From Leucoraja ocellata (Eukaryota): a stretch of 64,000 nt of DNA. The stretch covers positions 10,230,001 to 10,294,000 of the forward strand of contig JAWMAR010000035.1 in assembly GCA_036785375.1 (NCBI GenBank). Reading direction: 5' to 3'. Of this stretch, positions 1-13,301 are shown piece after piece. The notes below the pieces were generated by a model, which was not told the DNA's origin, did no database searches, and worked only from the letters and a program-made list of their open reading frames with translations. Both the position numbers and the translations under genes were made by a program. Positions within the stretch are counted from its first letter, which is position 1, and every line of letters begins with the position of its first letter.

Positions 1-680
1 GTTGATTGTATTAAATGCCGAGCTATAATCAATAAATAACAGCCTGACATATGAGTTTTTGTTGTCCAAGTGGTCCAGAGCGGAGTGGAGGGCCAGCGAG
101 ATCACATCCACCTCTCAAAGCACTTCATCACCACTGGCGTTAGTGCCACTGGTCGATAGTCATTGAGGCAAGTCACCTTGTCCTTCTTGGGCACTGGTAT
201 AATTGATGCCCTTTTAAAGCATTCCCTTTAAATGGAACCTCGGACCTCAGAAGTGAGAGGTTGAAAATGTCCGTAAAAAATCCAGCCAGTTGGTCTGCAC
301 AGGTTTTTAGAACCCGACCAGGTAAACCATCAGGTCCAGGCACTTTTCGAGGGTTCACCCCTCTGAAGGATTTTCTGTCGTCGGCCTCTGTGACTGTGAC
401 TGAAATACCATCACAGCGAATGGGGGCTCAAGAACGCACATCAGTATTCTCCCTATCAAAGCGTGCGTAAAACGCATTGAGCTCGTCAGGGAGTGATGTT
501 TCGCCGACATTCGAGCTACCTCCTGATTCCGCCTTGAAGGAGGTGATTGCATTCAGGCCCCGCCACAGCTGCTGAACATCTGTCTCATCCTCCAGCTTGG
601 AGCAGAAGTCCCTTTTGGCCTTTTTGATGGCCTTACCAAGGTCGTATTTGGACTTCTTGTGGGCCACTGTATCATCAGAC
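1..680 (-). mobile_element. Rex1/Babar-type non-LTR retrotransposon fragment (RT region), degenerate, runs off window start
   Basis: Minus-strand peptides [52 protein letters not shown], and [16 protein letters not shown] at 1-60; frameshifted. Confidence 0.8.
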
Positions 681-699
681 ATGAATGCCCAGTGTCTTC

Positions 700-975
700 A
701 GAAGAGTGCGGATGAGGCTTATGAAAGGAAGAGGCTTAGATATGTAGAGTTGGCAGCAGAAGTTGAGAAGCGAGGATGGAGAGCAAGAGTACGTCCAGTA
801 GGGGTGGGTTGTAGAGGTTTCATAGCGAGATCGACCACGTCGCTATTTGGAGCGCTAGGAATTCACAGACAGAGTTTGCGTCAGGCTGTAAAACAAATGT
901 CAGAGCCAGCAGAGCAAGGCAGTAGGTGGATTTGGTGGAGAAGAAATAGTTGGGGGCAGAAAGGAAACGTATGAC
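700..975 (+). mobile_element. C-terminal restriction-like endonuclease fragment of a HERO-type (RLE) non-LTR retrotransposon
   Basis: EAYERKRLRYVEL...GWRARVRPVGVGCRGF...LGI...EQGSRWIWWRR matches the ERK..KY / GW...EVGCRGF / SRWLW pattern of HERO-clade ORF ends. Confidence 0.65.
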
Positions 976-1593
976 ATGCAATATGTGTATTTCTGTAACT
1001 TTAGACTGTGCAAGTGTATCCCGGTCTTATGCAAGGGTGATATTTATGGTGTTACAAGCTTAATGATGGGCTAGGATTAGTGGAAGATAGGATGCAGGTG
1101 TTTAAGTAAGTAAGTAAGTTTATTGGCCAGGAATTCACATACAAGCATTTGTTAGCGTGAGCTAATTGGCTGTGGCATCCTTCAGTAGATACTGGTAGTG
1201 TAGGTGGTAAGAGCAGGTATTGAGGGGGGTTGTTCTGGGATGTCAGAACAAACTGTTGATCTTTCCCGAGGTGTCGGGGGCCTAACTCAACAAAACACCA
1301 ATGAAGGGAGGTGCCCACTCGATAACCACAATGATATACTTGCCACTACAGGATTAGTTTTATTATTAAAGAGAATTAAAATTTAGGTAGCTGGGGGGGG
1401 TTCGCATATGGAGTTGTTTATTGTAAGTTGGTGTATTTAGTTCGATAATTGGTTTTGGGCTTGGTTTTCTTAGTTGAGCGCTTATCCTGGAGTTATATCA
1501 CAAGTACTTTGTGTTTTAATTGTAATTTTGCAAATGCTTCAAACTGGGAAAAGTGGACCATTAAAACAAGGTCACCTTTTCTGTGTGATCAAT

Positions 1594-3088
1594 AGAAAGA
1601 TAGAAAAATAGGTGCAAGAGAAGGCCATTCGGCCCTTTGAGCCAGCACCGCCATTCAATATGATCATGGCTGATCATCTAAAATCAGTACCCCGTTCTTG
1701 TTTTCCCTCCCATATCCCTTGATTCATTTAGCCCCAGGAGTGAAATCTAACTCTCTCTTGAAAACATCCAGTGAATTGGCCTCCACTGCCTTCTGTGGCA
1801 GATAATTCCACAGATTCACAACTCTCTGGGTGAAGAAATGTTTCTTCATCTCAGTCCTAAATGGCCTACCCCTTATTTTTAAACTGTGAGTCCCGGTTCT
1901 GGACTCCCCCAACATCGGGAAAAAAATTCCTGCATCTAGCCTGTCCAATCCATTAAGAATTTTATGTTTCTACTATAAGATCCCCCCTCATCCTAAATTC
2001 TAGTGAATATAAGCCCAGTCGACCCATTCTTTCATCAAATGTCAGTCCCACCATCCCGGGAATGAACCTGGTGAACCTACACTGCACTCCAACAAGAACA
2101 ATAATGTCCTTCCTCAAATTAGGAGACAAAATTCCACACAATATTCTAGGTGGAACCTACGACTGCTGTAGGACCTCCTTGCTCCTAAACTCAAATCCTC
2201 TCGCAATGAAGGCCAACATGCCATTGGCTCTCTTCACTACCTGCTGTACCTGCATGCTTACTTTCAGTGATGTACAAGCACACCCAGGTCTCATTGCACC
2301 TCTCCTTTTCCTAATCTGACACCATTCATATAATAACCTGCCTTCCTGTTCTTGCCACCAAAGTGGATAACCTTACATTTATCCACATTATACTGCATCT
2401 GCCATGCATGTGCTCACTCACCGAACCTATTCAAGTCACCCTGCAGTCTCATAGCACCCTCATCGCAGCTCACACTGCCACCCAGCTTTGTGTCATCTGC
2501 AAACTTGGAAATTACACATTTAATTCTCTTGTCTAAATCGTTAATATATATTGTAAATAACTGGGGTCCCAGCACAGAGCCTTGCAGCACCCCACCAATC
2601 ACTGTCTGCCATTCTGTAAAGGACCTGTTAATTCCTATTCTTTGCTTCCTGTCTGACAACCAGTTCTCTATCCATGTCAATTCCCTACACCCAATACCAT
2701 GTGCTCTAATTTTGCACACTAATTTCTTGTGTGGGACCTTGTCAAAGACTTTTTGAAAGTCCAGATACACCACATGCACTGGCTCTCCCTAATCCATTCT
2801 ACTTGTTACATCCTCAAAAATTCCAGAAAATTAGTCGGGCATGATTTCCCCTTCATAAATCCATGCTGACTTTGACCAATCCTGTCACTGCTTTCCAAAT
2901 GTGCTGCTAAAACATCTTTAATAATAGACTCAAGCATCTTCTCTACTACCAATGTAAGGCTAACTGGTCTATAATTCCCTCTTTCTTAAAAAAGTGGAGT
3001 TACATTGGCTGCCTTCCAGTCCACAGGAACTGATCCACAGTCGAGAGAGCATTGGAAAATGATCATCCACGATTTCTAGGGCCACCTT
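1594..3088 (-). mobile_element. CR1 LINE, 5'-truncated, degenerate
   Basis: [44 protein letters not shown]; CR1-type 3' UTR and short tagaaa tail at ~1594. Confidence 0.9.
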
Positions 3089-3299
3089 GAGTTTTAGTCT
3101 TTTATAGTGTAACTATGAAGTGACTGCTACAATGATAATAAATGCACCACATTAAATACTTTGGTATTAAAGCAGAAAACTAAAAATATTTAACTCGGTA
3201 TCAATGATATTGAATTTTTGAAATTAAGTACTGATTTCCAAGTATCAGCTCAATGTTATTCATCTCTAAAAGTTATTTGGAAGCAGAAGAGGAAAGAGC

Positions 3300-3715
3300 A
3301 GTTCCTGTCGCCCCATTACAGGAAGGATGAGGAGGCTTTGGAGAGCGCGCAGAAGAGGATTACTCAAATGCTGCCTGGATTAGAGGGTATTAGCTATAAG
3401 GAGAGGTTGGACAAACTTGGATTGCTTTCTCTGGAGCGTCGGAGGTTGAGGGGATCTGATAGAAATATATAAAATAATGAGAAGCATAGATATGGTAAAT
3501 GGTCGGAAACGTTTTCCAGGGTGAAATATCAAAGACTTGGGCACAGAAACAGAGTGGTTGGTGCCTGGAACGTGATGCCAGGTGTGGTGGTGAATGCTGA
3601 TGATAACAGCATTTAAGAGGTTTTTGCATACATGGATATGCAGAAAATGGGTGGATATGCATCACATGCAGGCAGAGATTAATTTTACTGCATCATGTTC
3701 AGCATAGACATATTG
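3300..3715 (+). mobile_element. CR1 LINE 3' fragment (older subfamily)
   Basis: PHYRKDEEALESAQKRITQMLPGLEGISYKERLDKLGLLSLERRRLRG. Confidence 0.8.
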
Positions 3716-3933
3716 ATTAGTAGGGCGCAAGAGTTATGGGGAGAAGGATGTGGAGAGGAAGTTTCCACTAATGGGTGAGATTAGGACTAGAGATCATAGC
3801 CTCAGAATCAAAGGACGTTCCTTTCGGAAGATGAGGAGGAATTGTTTTAGTCAGAGGGTGGTGAATCTGTGGAATTCTTTGTCACAGAAGGCTGTGGAGG
3901 CTGTCAAAAGATATTTTTTAGACAGAGATAGAT

Positions 3934-5140
3934 CCATCCGAGCACATCCCAGATGTCCTCATTCTTTAGGGAACAGGGATTCCCCTCTCGCATCATAGAT
4001 GAGACCCTCACTCGTGTCTCCTCGGTACCCCACAGCTCCGCATTTGCTCCCCCACCCCCTAGTCGAAATAAAGACAGAGTACCCCCTAGTCCTTACCTTC
4101 CACCTCATCAGCCATCGCATGCAATTCATAATCCTCCAAAATGTTCGCCATCTCCAACGGGATCCCACCACTAGCCACATTTTCCCATTTCCACCCCTTT
4201 CTGCCTTCCGCAGAGATCGTTCCCTCCGCAACTCCCTGGTTAACTCCCACCCAAACTACTCCCTCCCCAGCTACCTTCCCTTGCAACCGCAGAAGATGCA
4301 ACACCTGTCGCTATACCTCCTCCCTTGACTCTGTCCAGCGACCCTGACAATCCTTTCAGGTTAGGCAGAGGTTCACTTGCACCTCCTGCAACCTCCTCTA
4401 CTGTATCCATTTTTCAAGATGTGGACTCGTACGTCGGCGAGACCAAACACAGACAGGGCGATCGTTTCACGGAACACTTTTGCTCAGCTCGCGTGAACCA
4501 ACCTGATCTCCCGGTTGCTGAACACTTTAATTCTCCTTCCCATTCCAACACAGACCTTTCTGTCCTCAGTCTCCACCATTGTCATAGTGAGGCTGAACAC
4601 AAATTGGCGAAACAGCATGTCATATTTCACTTGGACAGCTTACAGCCCAGTGGTCTGAAGAAGGATCTCGACCCGAAACGTCACCCATTCCTTCTATCCA
4701 GAGATGCTGCCTGTCCCGCTGAGTTACTCCAGCTTTTAATGTCTATCTTCGGTTTAAACCAGCATCTGCATTCCTTCTTACACACCAGTGGTATGAATAT
4801 TGATTTCTCTCATTTTAGGTACCGCCGGCATTCGCTCTCTCTCTCTATCCCTCCGCCACTCAAGTCGCACTAGTTTCTCATTTTCACCCTACAAACAGCT
4901 CACAATGGCCTGTTTCCTTTAACATTGTTACTTTTTTGCATTTTTCATTCATTGTTCTTTATCTCTCCACATCACTTCTATATCTCTCTTTTCCCTTATC
5001 CCTAACCAGTCTGAAGAAGGGTCTCGACCCAAAACGTCACCCATTTCCTCTCTCCAGAGATTCTGCCTGCCCCGCTGAGTTACTCAAGCTTTTTGCGTCT
5101 ATCGTTGGTTTAAACCAGCATCTGCAGTTCCTTCTTACAC
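3934..5140 (+). mobile_element. Penelope-like element (GIY-YIG endonuclease region plus 3' repeat), inserted in a CR1 3' fragment (3745-3933 / 5141-5196)
   Basis: TFPCNRRRCNTC Cys motif, YVGETKHRQGDRFTEH, PVAEHFNSPSH; the CR1 sequence ...agagatagat | atagatagattcttgattag resumes on both sides. Confidence 0.85.
4651..4686 (+). ncRNA. Putative minimal type I hammerhead ribozyme core (Penelope-associated)
   Basis: ggt-CTGAAGA-A-GGAT(CTCG)ACCC-GAAAC-GTC-acc: catalytic boxes, stem II with one mismatch, palindromic ACGT stem III, 3-bp stem I. Confidence 0.55.
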
Positions 5141-6169
5141 ATAGATAGATTCTTGATTAGTACGGGTGTCAGGCATTATGGGGAGAAGGCAGGAGAACTT
5201 ATGACATTGTGGGTTGAAGAGTCTATAGTGTTTTATATATCTGTGGGAGCAGGATATTTATTTTAAAGCTGTAGTTAACTTCAGTACTATACTATTAAGT
5301 TTTATGCCAACTCCTTTTGACTTACAATTTAATTTTAATGTGTTCTGCCAAAGAGCAAATATTTTTTAAAGGAACTTATGAATACATTCATAGTTTGTTA
5401 GAATTTAGTCATATTCTTAAAAGTTGCAATTCATACTCCAATGTTGTCAAATGCAAACACAAGCATTTTATTGGGATTATTTCAAACTTGGTTGTCCCTT
5501 TGGATTTTGCTAAACATTCTGCTTATATTAATTTATTTTGTTCAAATTGTTTTGTTAAGCATATTTCATACTGCATTGCCCAAACTGCAGAGTTCATCTG
5601 CTGTCTTTAAAGACCATAAAAATAGCAAAAGTATGTTATTTGACAAAATCATAATTGATATTTTTCGATCTTTCTTTCCTTCCCTATGCCTACATCCCTC
5701 ATTTCCTTCAATGTGCAGAAATCTATCAACCTGTTTTAAATGTAATCAATTTCTCAGCTTCCACAGCCCTCTGTGATAGTGAATTTCAAAGGTTTCTCCT
5801 CATTTCAGTCTTAAATGACCCACCACTTACTTTTAGACTCTGATTTCTAGTTCCTGACTCCTTGGCTGGGAAACCTCCTCACATCTACCCCACAAAGTTT
5901 ATGCTTGAATAGTTACCTCCCTTCTAAATGCTAAAGAATAGAGGCCCAATTGCTCAATGCCTCTCTATCGGACACCCCTGCCATCCCAAGATTCAGCCTG
6001 GAGAGACCTTGCTGTATTTCATCCATAGCAACTTTGCCCTTGCACATTTCCAGAGCTTAGATCTTTACCTTATGTCCAACTTAAAACATCATTCAAAGCT
6101 GCAAGTATCTATTTTTTTTACAAGAAACTCATCCCTCAAGCATTTGTACATTTCTCTTTAGTCACAGTC

Positions 6170-6575
6170 ACATAGGTTTAAGGTAAGGGGGGATAGATTT
6201 AATAGGAACTTGAGGGGTAACTTTTTCACACAAAGAGCGGTGGGTGTATGGAATGAGCTGCCGAAGGAGGTAGCTGAGGCAAGTACTATCGCAACGTTTC
6301 AGAAATGTTTAGATAGGTACATGGATAGGAACAGTTTAGAAGGATATGGGCCAAACGCAGGCAGATGGGATTAGTGTAGATGGGACGTGTTGATCGGTGT
6401 GGGCAAGATGGGCCGAAGGGCCTGTTTCCACGCTGTATGACTATATCTCTGTCACAGTCATATCTCTATGACAGTCATAGAGCGTGGAGACAAGACCTTC
6501 GGCCCAACTCGTTCATGCTGACCTAGATGTCCCATTTGCCTGTATTTGGCCCATATCTCTCTAAATCTTTCCTAA
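6170..6575. mobile_element. Two CR1-type 3'-end fragments in tail-to-tail orientation
   Basis: Plus copy ends ggccgaagggcctgtttccacgctgtatgact (~6442); minus copy starts agtcatagagcgtggagacaagaccttcggccc (~6473). Confidence 0.65.
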
Positions 6576-7225
6576 GAGTCTTAAAGTTTTTTTTAAATAA
6601 CAATTTGGAGTTTACCTAAAATATTTGTATATTGATTCCTACCACCTACGAGCTCAAACTTTACAACTACAGTTGTACTGTTGTTGCCGATCAACTGGAC
6701 TCTGACAACTTGCATTCATTTTCCAGACACACTTTATTTACTTGAGCACAAGGAGACCAGCACAGTCCCAGTTACTGTACTACTCCAAAATACCAATCAC
6801 AACACTCAACTTTTTATACAGATTTTGACCCTTGAAATTGTGAGCACTTTCTAATTTCTTATCATCAATAATACGTTCTCAAAACATTAATATACAAATG
6901 CTATAACAATAATACAAGTAAGCCTACATGTTATTTAATCCTTTATTTAATTTTCAATATCAAGAACCTTGTGGTGTGCGTCAAGGAATACCCATCCCAA
7001 AACATTGGGGTACGTCAATGAATACCTATCAGGAACATGATGTGCGTCAATGAATGCCTACAGGTTGTTGTGCTGTACAGCTATTAAACAAACTTTTGTC
7101 ATACAGCAGTTTCCACATTGTGCTGTACAACTATCTTAACCCTTGTTCATACTGCAGCTTCCACAGTACAAATGCAAGAGCAAATTATTTTCATTGTAAA
7201 TAAGAGAGAAACCATCTAGGATATA

Positions 7226-7357
7226 TCAATCTTTATTTCCATCTTCATCTTCAGGACATTGTACCATTTTGTAAATGTGACAGCAAAATGTCCGATTTGC
7301 CAGTTGTTCTGTATGTATAATTGTATCTCTGTCGAAGAACAGTTGATGATTGTAGGT
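7226..7357 (-). CDS. DCAF17: DCAF17 last coding exon (14), TYNHQLFFDRDTIIHTEQLANRTFCCHIYKMVQCPEDEDGNKD*
   Basis: ttccag acceptor, TGA stop at 7226-7228, matches the mammalian C-terminus TYSHEVYFDRD... Confidence 0.93.
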   Translation of the reverse strand, partial: TYNHQLFFDRDTIIHTEQLANRTFCCHIYKMVQCPEDEDGNKD

Positions 7358-8319
7358 CTGGAAATGTAAAACAAAATTCCCATAAAACAGCATTTAGGAG
7401 CCAGTAGTTTTATTTTCTCAAGCCTCATAATGGTGTACCCAAATTGACCAGCTTTGATCGCAAGTCTGAGGTGAGCCAGCTGCATTAGTTTCCAGTGGGG
7501 AGAAATAAATCAGCTATATAGTTGGTTTCACTAGCTTTAGGTTTGTTAAAATAATGTTGATCAGGCTTCCTATTATTGATGCAATCCAGAAATCCTTGAT
7601 CAGTTTCAACATGATTGGAATAAAAATAAAATTTGAGGGAAAAAGACAGCAGGTCAGGCCGCATTTGTGAAGGAGAAACTGTTAATGTTTCATGTGTGGG
7701 AATCCTTCATAAAATTAGTCTAGGTAGCAGAGACATGGAGGAGGCCAATGAGTGGAACACAGGAAACCTCCCTGACTACCTCTCTCTAATGTTATAGTAA
7801 CTAGTAACTTTTGTCTGCGCTATTTTTAATGTTGCAATATCTGTAAAATGTTGCATGGTCTGGCTTACTGATACATGCCCAGTAGGCCAGTCCACTCAAA
7901 TGACATAAAAATAGCCAGTCCTGATATAAACAGAAACAAATAGTGGGTTATCTAAGGCAATTCAGTCAATTCAATACTGAGTCTTGCCCATTTGAAAGAT
8001 GAGGTATTATTCCTGATCTTGTGCTGAGCTCTTTATAACAGTGCGGGAGGCCACAGGCAGAAGGGCAGGCAATATTACCCCAGGAACATTACTGTAGAGT
8101 GAGCGCAGGTGCTGTGCACAACAAATGCCCAACACGCGTTTTCTCCAATTAGAGAATTGTAAACACTGAATGCAGTACACTAGTTTGGAAGAAATGCAAC
8201 TGAATCACAATCTCACCTGTTTGGGTCCCTGATTGTAGTACTACAATGCCAATCCTTTTTGTCGTCTTCTTTCATTTGCATAGTCTGACCAGAGTCATTG
8301 AATTCTCAGCAGGAAAACA

Positions 8320-9410
8320 GGGCCTTTGGTCCAATTTGTCCATGCCAACTGAGTTTCCTACCTGAGCTAGAACTATTGGCATTTGGTCCATATCCCACTA
8401 AATTTGTTCTATTCTTGTTTGTGTCTAAATGCCTTTTAAACATTGCAATTGTACCCTTCTCTACCACTTCCACTAGCAGGGTGTTCTACATACTTACCAC
8501 CCTCTGGAAAAATTCCCCCTCGGGTCTCCTCTAAATTTTCCCTTCTCATCTTAAATCTATGCCGTAGAATTTTAGTCCTCTAACTGGGAAAAAAGACTGG
8601 CTGTTCACCTTATTTATGCCCCTCAAGATTTTATATACCTCCATAAAGTCATTCCCCAGCCTTGTGTGTTCCGCTTAAAAAAAGTCCCAGCGTATACAGT
8701 TTCTCCTTATAAGCTCATGTCCCCGAGTCCACGTAATATCCTTGTGAATCTTTACTGCACCCTTTCAGCTTAATGTCATCTTTCCTTTAGCTCGGTGACC
8801 AAATCTCGCCAATATCTTGTACCTTTCAGCCTTCTTTAATCCAGGAAAAATAGATCTAACCTGTCTAATCTCTCTTTATAACTCAAGCCATCCAATCCAA
8901 GCAACTCCCTTGTCAGTCTTTGCTGCATCCTCCCTATCACATCTTTCCTAGTGTGTGACCAGAACTGCACACAATACTCAAAGTGCAGCCAAACCAATGA
9001 TTTATACAACTGTAACATGACATCGCCACTCATTACTCAATGACTTAGCCAATGAAAGCAAACATACCACATATTTTCTTCATAGGTATGTTGACACTTT
9101 CAGGGAACTGTGTACTTGTACCCAGGTTTTCTCTGTCCCATAAAACTCCCTTGGGCTCTGCCATTCACTGTGTATGTCTTATCATACCATAGTAACCATT
9201 CTATGTATGGTTTAACTTCCCAATATGCACCACCACACTTATCAGAGTTCAATTTCAGCTGCCATTCACTTGCCCACTTTCCTAATTATTCTTTATCCTG
9301 TTATAACCTTAGACAACCTTCTTAACTGCCCACTACACCACCAATTGTATGTAATCTACAAACTTACAAACCATGCCACCTACATTCTCATCCAAGTCAA
9401 GATGCTCCAT
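8320..9410 (-). mobile_element. Old, rearranged CR1 LINE fragment
   Basis: MLQLYKSLVWLHFEYCVQFWS, GLSYKERLDRLDLF; CR1-type 3' end near 8320. Confidence 0.75.
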
Positions 9411-9629
9411 TAGTGATGCTCTGATCAGTTATGAAGTGGCATGTGAAAGTGCTTTTTCTCAGCTTTCAACTTATTTCTGATTGAGGAAGTGTTTTCCATC
9501 CAGGGTAACATGGCAATGAAGTTCAGTGGGTTTAGTACTACAAGTCTGACATGACTGTTTGTAAACTTTAACTAAAGTGCCAAAGAAACAAACCATTAAA
9601 TCCGGTAACTCATTGCTGGTCATACTTAC

Positions 9630-9785
9630 AATATCCCATGGTTCCTTTATTGGAACACTCTTAATTAATGTGCCAGTTTGGTTGTCGTAAAAATCGAGAT
9701 GTGCGTTCCCTTCGTTGTCTGTTGGAGCTACTGCCAAAACAGTCAACAGTTCAAGCTCATCTTCGTAGTCTACCATTTTAAAGGT
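9630..9785 (-). CDS. DCAF17: DCAF17 coding exon 13 (156 nt), TFKMVDYEDELELLTVLAVAPTDNEGNAHLDFYDNQTGTLIKSVPIKEPWDI
   Basis: gaaag acceptor, gtaagt donor; strong match to TFKIVDYEDELDLL... Confidence 0.95.
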
Positions 9786-10148
9786 CTTTCAAAAATGAAA
9801 TAGTAATGATGAGAATTCATTCAAATTAGAATTCATTGATTACTTTAATAACACATATAATGGTGAGTGAGTGCCATTCACCAATATGAATTTAGATTGC
9901 TTTGTTGTATGAAAGCAAATGTTCAATGCCTTCTAATCTTATAATTTATCTCATTTTAATCTTCACTTATTTGCATAATTCAGCTCGATTCATCTTTCTA
10001 ACACAAGATCATGACTAGATATTTAACCTCTAGTTTTAAAATTAAACAATGATGGAGTATGATATGTCCATTGAAAAGGCTCAACATAACCTATGCTGAA
10101 CTGATTATGTTATTCAGAGTTTTAACAGAAATAAAATATCCTATACAT

Positions 10149-13100
10149 CAGGGGTCGGCAACCGACGGCCCCCGGGCCGAATGCGTCCCGTAACCCAAAA
10201 TCATCCGGCCCGCAGGCGTATTTTTTTCCCCATAGTCATCTGGCCCGCAGACTTCCTTCATCTCTGGTACCTCCCAGACCCGAGGGATCCAGGCGCGGTG
10301 ACGCAAGGAGGCCTGTGATTGCGGAGCCGCCAAGCGCGAGCTCTGGCTGTACCACATCTTGCGCAATGCCGCTGGCACGACCGCGCACCTTCTGTGTCTG
10401 GGCTTCACTGTCGGGTTGTCAATAGGCCGGGGACGAGTGAGTGCGAGTATTTAGAAACATAGAAACATAGAAATTAGGTGCAGTAGGCCATTCGGCCCTT
10501 CGAGCCTGCACCGCCATTCAATATGATCATGGCTGATCATCCAACTCAGTATCCCGTACCTGCCTTCTCTCCATACCCCCTGATCCCCTTAGCCACAAGG
10601 GCCACATCTAACTCCCTCTTAAATATAGCCAATTAACTGGCCTCAACTACCCTCTGTGGCAGAGAGTTCCAGAGATTCACCACTCTCTGTGTGAAAAAAG
10701 TTCTTCTCATCTCGGTTTTAAAGGATTTCCCCCTCTATCCTTAAGCTGTGACCCCTTGTCCTGGACTTCCCTAACATCGGGAACAATCTTCCTGCATCTA
10801 GCCTGTCCAACCCCTTAAGAATTTTATAAGTTTCTATAAGATCCCCTCTCAATCTCCTAAATTCTAGAGAGTATAAACCAAGTCTATCCAGTCTTTCTTC
10901 ATAAGACAGTCCTGACATCCCAGGAATCAGTCTAGTGAACCTTCTCTGCACTCCCTCTATGGCAATAATGTCCTTCCTCAGATTTGGAGACCAAAACTGT
11001 ACACAATACTCCAGGTGTGGGCTCACCAAGACCCTGTACAACTGCAGTAGAACTTCCCTGCTCCTATACTCAAATCCTTTTGCAATGAAAGCTAACATAC
11101 CATTTGCTTTCTTTACTGCCTGCTGCACCTGCATGCCTACCTTCAATGACTGGTGTACCATGACACCCAGGTCTCGCTGCATCTCCCCCTTTCCCAATCG
11201 GCCACCATTTAGATAATAGTCTGCTTTCCCGTTTTTGCCACCAAAATGGATAACCTCACATTTATCCACATTATACTGCATCTGCCAAACATTTGCCCAC
11301 TCACCCAGCCTATCCAAGTCACCTTGCAGTCTCCTAGCATCCTCCTCACAGCTAACACTGCCCCCCAGCTTAGTGTCATCCGCAAACTTGGAGATATTGC
11401 CTTCAATTCCCTCATCCAGATCATTAATATATATTGTAAATAGCTGGGGTCCCAGCACTGAGCCTTGCGGTACCCCACTAGTCACTGCCTGCCATTGTGA
11501 AAAGGACCCGTTTACTCCTACTCTTTGCTTCCTGTTTGCCAGCCAGTTCTCTATCCACATCAATACTGAACCCCCAATGCCGTGTGCTTTAAGTTTGTAT
11601 ACTAATCTCTTATGTGGAACCTTGTCGAAAGCCTTCTGGAAGTCCAGATACACCACATCCACTGGTTCTCCCCTATCCATGCTACTAGTTACATCCTCGA
11701 AAAATTCTATAAGATTCGTCAGACATGATTTACCTTTCGTAAATCCATGCTGACTTTGTCCAATGATTTCACCACTTTCCAAATGTGCTGCTATCCCATC
11801 TTTAATAACTGACTCTAGCAGTTTCCCCACTACCGATGTTAGACTAACTGGTCTGTAATTCCCCATTTTCTCTCTTCCTCCCTTCTTAAAAAGTGGGGTT
11901 ACGTTTGCTACCCGCCAATCTTCAGGAACTACTCCAGAATCTAAAGAGTTTTGAAAGATTATTACTAATGCATCCACTATTTCTGGAGCTACTTCCTTAA
12001 GTACTCTGGGATGCAGCCTATCTGGCCCTGGGGATTTATCGGCCTTTAATCCATTCAATTTACCCAACACCACTTCCCGGCTAACCTGGATTTCACTCAA
12101 TTCCTCCAACTCCTTTGACCCGCGGTCCCCTGCTATTTCCGGCAAATTATTTATGTCTTCCTTAGTGAAGACGGAACCAAAGTAGTTATTCAATTGGTCC
12201 GCCATATCCTTGTTCCCCATGATCAACTCACCTGTTTCTGACTGCAAGGGACCTACATTTGTTTTAACTAATCTCTTTCTTTTCACATATCTATAAAAAC
12301 TTTTGCAGTCAGTTTTTATGTTCCCTGCCAGTTTTCTTTCATAATCTATTTTCCCTTTCCTAATTAAGCCCTTCGTCCTCCTCTGCTGGTCTTTGAATTT
12401 CTCCCAGTCCTCCGGTATGCTGATTTTTCTGGCTAATTTGTACGCATCATCCTTCGCTTTGATATTATCCCTGATTTTGTAGTTCATCCATGCAGCCTTT
12501 AAATGTCTTCCATTGCATATCCACCGTCAACCCTTTTAGAATTAATTGCCAGTCAATCTTGGCCAATTCACATCTCATACCCTCAAAGTTACCTTTCTTT
12601 AAGTTCAGAACCATTGTTTCTGAATTAACAATGTCACTCTCCATCCTAATGAAGAACTCAACCATACTATGGTCACTCTTGCCCAAGGGGGCACGTACAA
12701 CAAGATTGCTAACTAACCCTTCCTCATTACTCAATACCCAGTCTAAAATAGCCTGCTCTCTTGTTGGTTCCTCTACATGTTGATTTAGATAACTATCCCA
12801 CATACATTCCAAGAAATCCTCTTCCTCAGCACCCCTGCCAATTTGATTCACCTAATCTATATGTAGATTGAAGTCACCCATTATAACTGTTTTGCCTTTG
12901 TCGCACGCATTTCTAATTTCCTGTTTGATACCATCTCCAACTTCACTACTACTGTTAGCTGGCCTGTACACAACACCCACCAGCGTTTTCTGCCCCTTAG
13001 TGTTTCGCAGCTCTACCCATACCGATTCCACATCCTCCAAACTAATGTCCTTCCTTTCCATTGCATTAATCCCCTCTCTAATCAGTAACGCTACCCCGAT

Positions 13101-13301
13101 TTGAATCACCGCCTTCAGGACAGAAGCAAGGCAATGGTCCATAGGTATGCCGTGTTCGTGAATGCCCGTAACTAGGGACCAGTGCTCCGGGTGGCATTCT
13201 CGAAGGGGCGGGATCTATGTGTACACGTGGTGGGTGTGGCCCGCCATCCGCTCACAGACATGCCACCTGGCCCCTATGCAGAACAAGGTTGCCGACACCT
13301 G
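10149..13301. mobile_element. Non-autonomous hAT DNA transposon split by a CR1 insertion
   Basis: TIRs CAGGGGTCGGCAACC (10149) and GGTTGCCGACACCTG (ends 13301); 8-bp TSD ctatacat / ctgtacat. Confidence 0.85.
10452..13098 (-). mobile_element. Young CR1 LINE, ~2.65 kb, APE endonuclease (partial) plus RT
   Basis: VGVVYRP, MGDFN, GKSDH endonuclease motifs; 589-aa RT ORF with [28 protein letters not shown]; (tagaaaca)n tail; only a few disruptions. Confidence 0.95.

Noticed and set aside
10935-12783. Plus-strand ORFs of 93-172 aa (and similar ones at 2352, 25801, 31217, 31650, 57659)
   Set aside because: Antisense shadows of CR1 ORF2, repeated in every CR1 copy; not genes
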